20,000 nucleotides of DNA, taken from the IMG/VR virus record IMGVR_UViG_3300021142_001411. One strand, 5' to 3'. Source of the DNA: an uncultured virus (IMG/VR IMGVR_UViG_3300021142_001411) (taxonomy: Duplodnaviria > Heunggongvirae > Uroviricota > Caudoviricetes). The translations under genes were made by a program, and so were the position numbers. Shown here piece by piece: positions 9,052 to 18,239 of this stretch. The notes beneath the pieces are model-generated. The model was not told the origin of the DNA. It searched no databases and was given only the letters and a program-made list of their open reading frames with translations. Numbering within the stretch: the stretch's first letter is position 1; each line of letters begins with the position of its first letter.

Positions 9052-11877
9052 TTCTTTCGTAAAGGATTCTGAATATTCCCCGTCACCCATTACCTGATCT
9101 ATAATGTTTTTCTTTTTATTCAACATATTATAGATTATTCTTTCTATTGTATTATCAAATATTGGGTAATAAACCATGACACCCTTTTTTTGACCATATC
9201 TGTATGCCCTATCTTCTGCTTGTGAATGTAATGCCGGTACAAATGCCAAGTCATTCATAATTACAACTTCCGCTGCAGTTAAAGTAATGCCAACACCACC
9301 AGCAACAATGTTAGAAATGAATATTTTTATTTTATCTTCATTTTGAAATTTATCAACACTTTCCTGTCTTTTTTCTTTTGACATTCTACCATCTAATATT
9401 ACTGAATTTTTCTTGTATTTTTCATGTAACATATCCAATGTCATTGTGAAATTAGTAAATACAATAACCTTTTTATCTTGTTCTAATGCTTTATCAATTA
9501 ATTCACAAGTATAGTCTATTTTTTCAAATGATATTACTTGTCTAATTTTCATTAAACGATTGATTGTAACGGTAATATTTTCATTATCCTTCTTTTCGTT
9601 AGAAATCCTCATGAAATCTTCCAACTCTTCTTCATAATAGGTACTTTTTAACTCCAAAAAAACTGGTGATATAAACTTCTCTGGCAAATCTAATATATCC
9701 GTCTTCATTCGTCTTAAAACAAGGTTTTTTGTACGTTCTCTTAGTTCATCTAAGTGACTAGCACCACTAGTATTCCATATTTTTTTACCATTTACAGTAA
9801 ATTGAAATCCTTTACAATATCTTTTAACATAACTTTGCCAATTAAGAGTTAAAGGTGATTCAACAATGTTCAAAAGATTAAAATAATTTATAGGTCTTGA
9901 TGTCATGGGTGTACCAGTTAATAACCAAACTTTAGGTATTTTAGATAAAATATCATTTAATAGTTTAGTTCTATTTGCTGTGGTGTTTGAAATCATATGT
10001 GCTTCATCCACGATGGCTAAATCAAATTTTTCATTTTCTATTAAATTTAATTCAGGGTTTTCGTTACCTATTGCATGATAGTTTTTTATAATATCATAAT
10101 TGATAATATAAAACTTAAATGTAGACCCCCATTTTTTACCTTCGACAATTAAAACACGTTCATCTGAATAGTTTTTAATTTCTCTTAACCAGTTAATCTT
10201 TAATGATGCTGGACAAATAATTAATATTTTTTTTGCACCACTTTCTAATGATGCAATGGCAGCTGAGGTTGTATTATGTGTAACAATAGCATGTTCAGCA
10301 ACATATAATTTATCAGGTGAATCAACTGAAATACATGTGCATTCACTTTCACCATATTTTTCAATATTGGTAATATATCTACCCGTTGGATATTTTTTAG
10401 GTTCATTATATAATTCTAATTTTCGTTTTAAACGAAATGGGTTCATACCTGGTGGTAATTTTATATTTAATCTATATGATATTTTACATTCAACTCTAAC
10501 CCCGTTTTTTTTGTAAAAACTTCTTCTTGACCTTTTTCTACATATACCACCTAAAGTATGTACAATTTCAGCAAGATCGTCACATAATTTTTCAGATACG
10601 GTTGAATATTCAGTTCCATTAAAATTACCATTTTTTGATTTCATACAATGTCCATCAGTATCCATTAAACCTTGTAAAATAGATAAACGATTTTCAATTG
10701 ATGAATATTTGTATATATCAGGTATAAATTTATTATGTGATCGAGTATGTTCCAAATGTAGATCAAATAATGAATTTCCAACATTTATATAACCATTTCT
10801 TTTGTTATCTTGTGGTTTATTTTCTTTTAATCCAAATAAACTAAATAAAGAATCATAATCATCTTTATGAACAGAAAATTTTATGTTTTTATTTTTAAAT
10901 GACCCGTCACCCAATCCAAGTCCTAACAAATAAGGATCAATCGGTAAAATATTTTTATTATCAAATTCTATTGGTTTAACAATTGGTATTTGCCACTTAT
11001 TATTTCCATTGGGGGATTTATAATATGTTTCAATTTTGTAATCTCTATCTTCATTATAACCACTACCTTTTATTAAAATTTTCCCACCTTCAAACATTTG
11101 TTTAGTTGATAATACTAAAGATTTTTTTAATCTATCATTTTTTCTATTTTTACCATAATTTGGAGATGAAACTGACCATAAATGTTCATCCCCACTTAAA
11201 ATTGTATATCCATCATTAAAAGTTATTTTATACGTTTCTTTTTTACCTTGAGGAAATACACCAATTACATTACACGGTTTACCATTTGAACCGATTACCT
11301 TATCACCAATAACAATTTCACCCATTTTTTTCACACCTAACTCATTGTAAATCAATGTGTTATTGTCTAAAAATTTCCCTAAACCCATATCATCCGCTAA
11401 TATGAATTTATCATTTGCCAATAATTTTTCAATTGCAATTTTTTGATGATCCATTGGTGGTCTGGTACTATAAGGACTATAATCAATAACTCTATTTAAC
11501 TTTTTTTCAGGTTGAACAATTGCCGCCTTTGGTAACCAAAATGCATGATTAACTTCGTGATCAAGATATTTTCCCCATATATGGTAAGCCTTATCGCTTT
11601 CACATAATAATTTTTCACACCAAATATGTTCCAATTTATCTAATAATAGACGTTCATCCATTATTTTTTCAGCGAAAGAATCAACTATTTTAATATGTTT
11701 TTTTGCTACTTTTGGTTCAACGTTATGGTAGTTTAATACATAATCTGATTGTGGGCGTGTCAATTTAAAGTTCTTAACAGACGTGAACTTGTTCTTCAAT
11801 TCTAATAGATGGTTATTTGCACCACTATATTCTAATAATATTTCTCTAGCCCTGATTTCAGGAATTTTATTATTCAT
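9031..11877 (-). CDS. SNF2-family (HARP-like) helicase/ATPase, intein-containing
   Basis: Motif I ADDMGLGK|T, Ia CPASL, II IVDEAH, III LTGTP, V AGGVGITL, VI QAEDRAYRYGQ. Confidence 0.95.
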   Translation of the reverse strand: MNNKIPEIRAREILLEYSGANNHLLELKNKFTSVKNFKLTRPQSDYVLNYHNVEPKVAKKHIKIVDSFAEKIMDERLLLDKLEHIWCEKLLCESDKAYHIWGKYLDHEVNHAFWLPKAAIVQPEKKLNRVIDYSPYSTRPPMDHQKIAIEKLLANDKFILADDMGLGKFLDNNTLIYNELGVKKMGEIVIGDKVIGSNGKPCNVIGVFPQGKKETYKITFNDGYTILSGDEHLWSVSSPNYGKNRKNDRLKKSLVLSTKQMFEGGKILIKGSGYNEDRDYKIETYYKSPNGNNKWQIPIVKPIEFDNKNILPIDPYLLGLGLGDGSFKNKNIKFSVHKDDYDSLFSLFGLKENKPQDNKRNGYINVGNSLFDLHLEHTRSHNKFIPDIYKYSSIENRLSILQGLMDTDGHCMKSKNGNFNGTEYSTVSEKLCDDLAEIVHTLGGICRKRSRRSFYKKNGVRVECKISYRLNIKLPPGMNPFRLKRKLELYNEPKKYPTGRYITNIEKYGESECTCISVDSPDKLYVAEHAIVTHNTTSAAIASLESGAKKILIICPASLKINWLREIKNYSDERVLIVEGKKWGSTFKFYIINYDIIKNYHAIGNENPELNLIENEKFDLAIVDEAHMISNTTANRTKLLNDILSKIPKVWLLTGTPMTSRPINYFNLLNIVESPLTLNWQSYVKRYCKGFQFTVNGKKIWNTSGASHLDELRERTKNLVLRRMKTDILDLPEKFISPVFLELKSTYYEEELEDFMRISNEKKDNENITVTINRLMKIRQVISFEKIDYTCELIDKALEQDKKVIVFTNFTMTLDMLHEKYKKNSVILDGRMSKEKRQESVDKFQNEDKIKIFISNIVAGGVGITLTAAEVVIMNDLAFVPALHSQAEDRAYRYGQKKGVMVYYPIFDNTIERIIYNMLNKKKNIIDQVMGDGEYSESFTKELLGEIL
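10273..11373 (-). mobile_element. Intein (367 aa, class-3-like) with LAGLIDADG endonuclease in the helicase Walker A motif
   Basis: Inserted between GLGK and T. Begins FLDNNT, block B DEHLW, LLGLGLGDGS and LQGLMDTDG, block F ECTCISV, ends IVTHN followed by Thr. Confidence 0.93.
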
Positions 11878-11925
11878 AATAAAATATAATAAAATGGAAT
11901 GACATTTTAAAGTATTTATAAGTAT

Positions 11926-11979
11926 ATGGATAATAAATTACCTATCACGCGTCTTTCTAAATTAAAAATCTATTTATAA
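11926..11979 (+). pseudogene. Orphaned 5' fragment of the gp14-like gene (MDNKLPITRLSKLKIYL*)
   Basis: 17-codon mini-ORF after a GTATTTATA motif. PITRLSK is identical to the start of the gene at 12739, with 20/23 nt identity. Confidence 0.75.
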
Positions 11980-11981
11980 TT

Positions 11982-12746
11982 ATGATAATTTATAAAACAA
12001 CAAATATAATAAACAATAAAATTTATATCGGTCAAGATAAAAATAATAATCCTAATTACATTGGTTCTGGTAATCTAATAAAATATGCAATAAAGAAATA
12101 TGGAAAAGAAAATTTTATTAAAGAAATTTTATACTATTGTTTAACGATAAATGAGTTAAATGAAAAAGAACGTTTTTATATAAAACAATATAATTCTACC
12201 GATAAAAATATTGGTTATAATATTTCTGTTGGTGGAACGAATGGCGTGATGTTGTTTAGAAAACATACAAAAGAAACAATTGAAAAAATGAAAAATTCAT
12301 CAATAGGTAAAAAAAAGTCAGAATCTCATTGTAAAAACATTGGATTATCTAAAAAAGGTAGAATAGTATCCGATGAAGAAAAAAGAAAAAGAAGTGAGAA
12401 TAGTCCATTAAAGGGAATTAAAAAATTACCAATGAGTGATGAAATTAAAAAAAAGATTAGTGAAACGAAAAAGGGTACTAAACATCGTAAAGAAACTATA
12501 CTAAAATTAAGGGAATTAAATATTGGATCAAAAAATTATTTTTATGGTAAAAAACATTCAGAAGAATTTTTAAAATCTAAAAGGAAAAAAATAATACAAA
12601 TTAGTTTAAATGATGAATTTATCAAAGAGTGGGAAAGTTTAAGTGAAGCAAGTAAAAACTTGAATATTTATGTAAGTAATATCTGTAATGTCTTAAAAGG
12701 AAGATATAAGACTACAGGTGGTTTTAAATTTACATATTATGAGTGA
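11982..12746 (+). CDS. Free-standing GIY-YIG homing endonuclease (Seg-like) with NUMOD3 repeats and a C-terminal NUMOD1/HTH
   Basis: IIYKTTNIINNKIYIGQ. NUMOD3-like RKHTKETIEKM, KHRKETILKL and FYGKKHSEE. C-terminal WESLSEASKNL...GGFKFTY. Confidence 0.92.
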   Translation: MIIYKTTNIINNKIYIGQDKNNNPNYIGSGNLIKYAIKKYGKENFIKEILYYCLTINELNEKERFYIKQYNSTDKNIGYNISVGGTNGVMLFRKHTKETIEKMKNSSIGKKKSESHCKNIGLSKKGRIVSDEEKRKRSENSPLKGIKKLPMSDEIKKKISETKKGTKHRKETILKLRELNIGSKNYFYGKKHSEEFLKSKRKKIIQISLNDEFIKEWESLSEASKNLNIYVSNICNVLKGRYKTTGGFKFTYYE

Positions 12747-13254
12747 TTCAAGAATTCCTATTACGAGACTTTCTAAATTTATTTCTGAAGATGATTTTCA
12801 ACTCAATATTTCAATGGGGGAAGAATACCTTCATGGTGATTTAAATATGAAACTTGTATTATATAGGGTTGATAGACAAAAAACAGATATTGACAATGTA
12901 TATGGTGAAGTTGGGATGGATGAAATTAAATATCAACCACCTGTTGAATTTAATGCTTTGGTTAAAATTATTGAACCAAAAAATAGTTCATATAAGGATG
13001 GTTTGGTAAGATATAATGAACCCGGAAATATGACTGTATCAGTTTATATCAAACATTTAAATGATATGAAAATTGATATTAAATATGGTGATTATATAGG
13101 TTATCCTGAATCTGAAACAAAAACAAGATATTATAGTGTTGTGGACGATGGAAAAGTAACTTCAGACAATAAACATACGATGTTCGGTTATAAACCTTTT
13201 TACAGGACTATAACTTGTTCACCTGTACAAGACGGAGAATTTAGAGGAGTTTAA
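12739..13254 (+). CDS. Head-closure/neck protein, T4 gp14-like (likely start 12739, MSDSRIPITRLSK)
   Basis: DNVYGE and IKYGDYIG motifs, and position before gp15-like and sheath genes. ATG 12739 overlaps the endonuclease stop (ATGAGTGA) and aligns with the duplicated N-terminus. Confidence 0.65.
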   Translation: MSDSRIPITRLSKFISEDDFQLNISMGEEYLHGDLNMKLVLYRVDRQKTDIDNVYGEVGMDEIKYQPPVEFNALVKIIEPKNSSYKDGLVRYNEPGNMTVSVYIKHLNDMKIDIKYGDYIGYPESETKTRYYSVVDDGKVTSDNKHTMFGYKPFYRTITCSPVQDGEFRGV

Positions 13255-13255
13255 T

Positions 13256-14491
13256 ATGGGAATACCAAGAAGAAAAACGAATATTCAAATATATTCGGGG
13301 AAAATTTTAACGGATAGAAGACAAGAATTGTTAGATAACATCACAAAAAATGATCCTTATCTACCTGATAGTATATTGCATGATGATTTAGATAGAGGTT
13401 TATTGGATTATGTGATTGATAATTTTAAAGTTACATCTGATGGTAAACAAATTCCTATTATAGAAAAAATATTAACAATACAAAGATGGGCAGAATTTAC
13501 AAATAATTGGGAGTTTACAGATGAGGATGGTGTTGTTCAATTACCATTTGTTTCAATTATTAGAAAACCTGATGTACAATTTGGTACAAATCCATCCGTT
13601 CAAAGAACAATACCTGATAGACATCAGTTTTATTATTCTGTTGTACAAACTTGGAATGGTAATGAGAAAGGTGCCGATGTTTATAAAATACCACAACCAA
13701 TACCTGTTGATATTACATATGATGTTACAATTATTTGTAATAAGTTTAGAGATGTGAATAAATTTAATAAAATTGTTTTACAACATTTTGCATCAAGACA
13801 AGATTATACAATTGTTAAAGGACATTATATTCCAATAGTTCTTGACAAAATTGAGGATAATACACCGATGCAAACATTGGATGGTCGTAGATTTTATGTT
13901 CAAAATTATCAATTCACAATGTTAGGATTTTTAATTGATAGTGATGAATTTGAAGTTAAGCCGGCAATAAGTAGGGCAATATTGACTGATGAAATCATTG
14001 TAGAAGGTAAACCAAATAAATCAATAAAACAAACTGTTATTGATATTAGTATGGCTTCTTTCACTGGAAATGACTCTCAAATAATATTTTCAGTAGGTGA
14101 ACCTATGGGTGTTTTATTTAATGTAACAATTAATGGTTTAACACAAAGGGAAGGGGTAGATTATTTTCACATTGCAAATTCTTCAAGAATATCATTCTCA
14201 GTACCACCACAATCCGGTAGTGTAATACTTATAACATATTATAAAGGAAGAAACTCAACAATTACAAATAGTGATGGTTTAAGATTAAATTACACTATTG
14301 AATATTTTACCTATGATGGTTCAACTTTAATATTTAATACATCAAATACAATTGCTAGTGTTGTATTTTTAGAAGTTAATGGTTTAATTGAAGAAAAATC
14401 AGTTGATTATAGAATTTCTACTTTAGGTGGTTTAGAACTATTACAATCCCCTGTTATTGGATCTACCATTGGTGTTGGTTACTTATATTAA
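13256..14491 (+). CDS. Tail terminator/sheath stabilizer, T4 gp15-like, with two C-terminal beta-rich repeats
   Basis: QLPFVSIIR and PQPIPVDITYDVTI.....D motifs, located upstream of the sheath gene. C-terminal repeats INGL..EGVDY and VNGL...SVDY. Confidence 0.7.
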   Translation: MGIPRRKTNIQIYSGKILTDRRQELLDNITKNDPYLPDSILHDDLDRGLLDYVIDNFKVTSDGKQIPIIEKILTIQRWAEFTNNWEFTDEDGVVQLPFVSIIRKPDVQFGTNPSVQRTIPDRHQFYYSVVQTWNGNEKGADVYKIPQPIPVDITYDVTIICNKFRDVNKFNKIVLQHFASRQDYTIVKGHYIPIVLDKIEDNTPMQTLDGRRFYVQNYQFTMLGFLIDSDEFEVKPAISRAILTDEIIVEGKPNKSIKQTVIDISMASFTGNDSQIIFSVGEPMGVLFNVTINGLTQREGVDYFHIANSSRISFSVPPQSGSVILITYYKGRNSTITNSDGLRLNYTIEYFTYDGSTLIFNTSNTIASVVFLEVNGLIEEKSVDYRISTLGGLELLQSPVIGSTIGVGYLY

Positions 14492-14646
14492 TCGTCACCA
14501 TATAAATCTTTTTTTATTGGTTTACAATGTTGTTCAATCCATTTCTCAATAATTTTATGGATTTTTAATCCATTTTTTTCACAATGATTTTTTAACATTG
14601 TGTGGTGTTTTTCACTTATTTTAACGTTTTTCTGTTTATTTTCCAT
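14488..14646 (-). CDS. Small ribbon-helix-helix-like DNA-binding protein (52 aa)
   Basis: Not in the ORF track. MENKQKNVKISEKHHTMLKNHCEKNGLKIHKIIEKWIEQHCKPIKKDLYGDD*. Strand-helix-G-helix pattern. Its stop overlaps the convergent gene's stop (TTAA). Confidence 0.7.
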   Translation of the reverse strand: MENKQKNVKISEKHHTMLKNHCEKNGLKIHKIIEKWIEQHCKPIKKDLYGDD

Positions 14647-14772
14647 ATAAAGATAATTTATGATATAAAAAGATATTTTATTATCTTAATTCTCAAATAT
14701 AAGTAAATCTTTGATAAAAATAAAGATATTTATTAAATAAGAAATAAAATATTAATAAAAACAACAAAATCA

Positions 14773-17700
14773 ATGGCAAATTCAAACAGAGTATTCGTTT
14801 CTCCGGGTGTATATACATCAGAGCTCGATTTAACATTTGTGGCACAAAGTGTTGGTGTTACAACATTGGGTTTAGTGGGTGAGACTTTAAAAGGTCCGGC
14901 TTTTGAACCTATCTTAATTTCATCTTGGGATGATTTTACAACATATTTTGGTAGTTCTTCACCTGAAAAAGATGGTGTTGGAAATCCAAAATACGAATTA
15001 CCTTACTTCGCAAATTCTTATTTATCAGAAGCAAATCAATTATTCGTTACAAGAATACTTGGTTATACAGGGTATAAACAATATAATACATTTGGTATTA
15101 GTACAGAAGGTGGCGCACAAATTACAAACTATTCAACAAGTGCATTAACAATAACAACTGTAACTGGTATTACTATTCCATCAAATCATGTTATAATTTC
15201 ATCATTTAGTAATTACACTTCAATATCTGGTACAATGCAAAAAGCGTTTTCAGGTATGACAGGAAGTACTTTTTACTCAAATTTATCAGGAAAAACTGCC
15301 GTTAGTGGAACAACAGGTACAACAGTTGTGTCATATATAACTGGTGGTACCTTTAATAATGGTGATTATTTCACTATTGGTTATGTACCAACAGGTTTAA
15401 CATCAGGATTAACAGGTAATACATTAGTGTCTCCAATTGGTACTTTAACAGATTTAAATTGGAATGATGTGTATTATACAGGTACAACTGCAAGTATTAC
15501 ATCAACAACTGGTGTTTATTCATATTTATTTGTTTATTCAGCATCAACATCTACTTTTAATGTCACTAGATTACTTTATAGTGCTTCATATCAATATAGT
15601 ATAAATGACCCTAATTTCCAATTTTATCCACAATTATCTGGTAACACCGCAAGTAATGGAACATTATTAAATAATTATATTTTATCAAATATTAGTGGTA
15701 ATACAAGTACTGATAGTACATGGTTTACAATTGGTCTTGTACCTAGTAGTTATACTAGTGGTTTAACAACAACTTTAAATGTACCATCGCCAGTAACATC
15801 AAGAAATAATGCTAGCGATTATAATGGTAAAGAATGGTATAATATTTTTTGTGATTTGGATTTATCAGGTAATATACAAAGTGTTTCATCATATTTATTT
15901 CAATATTATTTAAATAGTGATAATACTAATACACCTTTTTATAGTGTAACAAGATTTCAATATCCAGCCACTATAAATTCAGCATACGATGACATTATTG
16001 TTGCCGCATTAAGACCTCGTGGACATTATTCAAGTAATGTATTGAAATATGAGGTTACTGGTAGTTCATATGTTAATATCACATCATCATATGATTTATC
16101 ACAAAACCCATTCGCTGATTTTGTAATAAATGTAACCGGTAATACTGGTGGTGCTAAATCATTGACAGTTAATTTAGATCAAACATCAAATAAATCAATA
16201 ACAAAAGTATTAGGTACAGATGTTTATGATAGAAATTACACAGATAATCCATTATATGTTTTTGAATTCTATCCTAACTTTTTATTAAACGCATTTGAAC
16301 AAGGTTATATTAGAGGTATTTCAACACAAGTTATTTATGATACAAATAATGATTCATTTTTACCTAACCCTAATGGAGATTATGGTTCATATAAAGCATA
16401 TGATACCCCAATGTCACCAACGGTTGTTTCTGAAGTAAGAGGTGGTAAAGTATTAGATTTATTTAATATAATTACAATATCAGATGGTGACTCAGCAAAT
16501 GAAGATATTAAAATAACAATTCAAAATATCAATACAGATACTGGTGAATTTGATTTAATTGTTAGAGATTTTAATGATAGTGATTCAAATCAAGTTTTAC
16601 TTGAAAAATTTTCAAGATGTTCTATGAATCCAGATGTTCCAGGTTATGTGGCGTTAAAAGTAGGTACATCTGATGGACAATTCCCATTATTATCAAAATA
16701 TATAATGTTGAGTATGGACCCTAACGCACCTTCTGATGCAATACCTGCTGGATTTAGAGGTTTTGTAAGAAATAGTGATTTTGGTTCAGGTAATGAAAAA
16801 CTTGGTTCAGTACTTTATAAAACACAATATTTCACCGCTGGTGATACAATGTATTATGATAGTACAGGTGCACCTATTACTTCATCAGGTGATAAAGTTA
16901 GAAACGTAACATTAGGTTTATCTTCATCAAATGGTTTCAATTATGATGCAGATTTATTCAAATATAAAGGTTGGAGATCAGCGGGACAAACATTTGGTTT
17001 CCACTTATCCGTAAATGCAACTGGTATAACTCAAACTGGTACAACATATCAAACAACACCTTACGATTTTGAGGGTCAAACTGGTACTAATAATATGTTA
17101 AATACACCAGCGAATTGTAAATTTACTTTTGCAGTATGTGGTGGTTTTGATGGTTGGGACATATATAGAAACACTAGAACATATGGTGACGCTTATATTT
17201 TAGGTAAATCAACATACAATAATAATAACATAAACAATGGAGGTATATTTAACGTAACGAATGGTAATTCGGATTACTATTCATATTATGACGGTATCCA
17301 AACATTTGCAAATCCAGAAGCAGTAGATATTAATGTATTCGCAACACCGGGTATTAACTTCTTTGATCATAGTTCTTTAACAAATCAAGCAATTGAAATG
17401 ATTGAAGTTGATAGAGCGGATTCATTATATGTCATATCATCACCTAATGAAAGTACTGCGGATGGTGTAATTGGTGATATTATGGATCAAGAATATGATA
17501 GTAACTATTCGGCAACATATTGGCCTTGGATTCAAGTAAAAGATGTTGATAATGCAACCCAAATTTATATTCCACCAACAGGGGAAGTATTGAGAAATAT
17601 TGCGTTAACTGATAATATAGCATACCCTTGGTACGCATCGGCTGGTTATTCAAGAGGTCTTGTTAATTCAATTAAAGCAGTTAAAAAATTAACTGCCGAT

Positions 17701-18120
17701 GAAAGGGATAATTTATATAAAAATAGAATTAACCCAATTGCAACATTCTCCGATACTGGTACAATCATTTGGGGTAATAAAACACTTCAAGTTAGAGAAT
17801 CTGCACTTGATAGAATTAACGTAAGAAGATTATTATTGAGAGCAAGAAAATTAATTTCAGCTGTTTGTGTAAGATTATTGTTTGAACAAGATGATGATCA
17901 AATTAGACAAGAATTCTTGAGATTAGTTAATCCAATTCTTGATGCAATTAAGAAAGAAAGAGGTTTAACTGATTTCCGTGTAACTGTTTCTAATGACCCG
18001 GCAGATATTGATGCTAACACTTTGAGTGGTAAAATATATATTAAACCAACTCGTAGTTTGGAATTTATTGATGTAGAATTTATCATAACTCCAACAGGAG
18101 CTTCATTTGAAAACGTGTAA
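14773..18120 (+). CDS. Contractile tail sheath protein (gp18-like) with large insertion
   Basis: N-terminal FVSPGVYTSELDLT and GLVGETLKGP. C-terminal YWPW, PWYASAGYSRG, RINPI, IWGNKTL, DRINVRRL and IKPTRSLEFI. Confidence 0.96.
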   Translation: MANSNRVFVSPGVYTSELDLTFVAQSVGVTTLGLVGETLKGPAFEPILISSWDDFTTYFGSSSPEKDGVGNPKYELPYFANSYLSEANQLFVTRILGYTGYKQYNTFGISTEGGAQITNYSTSALTITTVTGITIPSNHVIISSFSNYTSISGTMQKAFSGMTGSTFYSNLSGKTAVSGTTGTTVVSYITGGTFNNGDYFTIGYVPTGLTSGLTGNTLVSPIGTLTDLNWNDVYYTGTTASITSTTGVYSYLFVYSASTSTFNVTRLLYSASYQYSINDPNFQFYPQLSGNTASNGTLLNNYILSNISGNTSTDSTWFTIGLVPSSYTSGLTTTLNVPSPVTSRNNASDYNGKEWYNIFCDLDLSGNIQSVSSYLFQYYLNSDNTNTPFYSVTRFQYPATINSAYDDIIVAALRPRGHYSSNVLKYEVTGSSYVNITSSYDLSQNPFADFVINVTGNTGGAKSLTVNLDQTSNKSITKVLGTDVYDRNYTDNPLYVFEFYPNFLLNAFEQGYIRGISTQVIYDTNNDSFLPNPNGDYGSYKAYDTPMSPTVVSEVRGGKVLDLFNIITISDGDSANEDIKITIQNINTDTGEFDLIVRDFNDSDSNQVLLEKFSRCSMNPDVPGYVALKVGTSDGQFPLLSKYIMLSMDPNAPSDAIPAGFRGFVRNSDFGSGNEKLGSVLYKTQYFTAGDTMYYDSTGAPITSSGDKVRNVTLGLSSSNGFNYDADLFKYKGWRSAGQTFGFHLSVNATGITQTGTTYQTTPYDFEGQTGTNNMLNTPANCKFTFAVCGGFDGWDIYRNTRTYGDAYILGKSTYNNNNINNGGIFNVTNGNSDYYSYYDGIQTFANPEAVDINVFATPGINFFDHSSLTNQAIEMIEVDRADSLYVISSPNESTADGVIGDIMDQEYDSNYSATYWPWIQVKDVDNATQIYIPPTGEVLRNIALTDNIAYPWYASAGYSRGLVNSIKAVKKLTADERDNLYKNRINPIATFSDTGTIIWGNKTLQVRESALDRINVRRLLLRARKLISAVCVRLLFEQDDDQIRQEFLRLVNPILDAIKKERGLTDFRVTVSNDPADIDANTLSGKIYIKPTRSLEFIDVEFIITPTGASFENV

Positions 18121-18140
18121 AATTTAAACATAATAATTTT

Positions 18141-18176
18141 AAAAAACCTTTTAAGAATTTCTTAAAAGGTTTTTTT
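18141..18176 (+). terminator. Rho-independent terminator after the sheath gene (possibly bidirectional)
   Basis: AAAAAACCTTTTAAGA-att-TCTTAAAAGGTTTTTT, perfect inverted repeat ending in a T tract. Confidence 0.8.
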
Positions 18177-18239
18177 ATTTTAATACTTTTTACTATATTT
18201 ATGTATATATGTTAACGTTACCATTAAATATATTTTACC

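Noticed and set aside
12718..12738. ORF-track start at 12718 for the gp14-like gene
   Set aside because: It lies well inside the endonuclease gene. ATG 12739 matches the duplicated N-terminus and the stop/start overlap.
11964..12768. Group I intron carrying the GIY-YIG gene
   Set aside because: Only about 18 nt separate the duplicated segment from the endonuclease ATG, leaving no room for a ribozyme core. The downstream gene has its own complete start.
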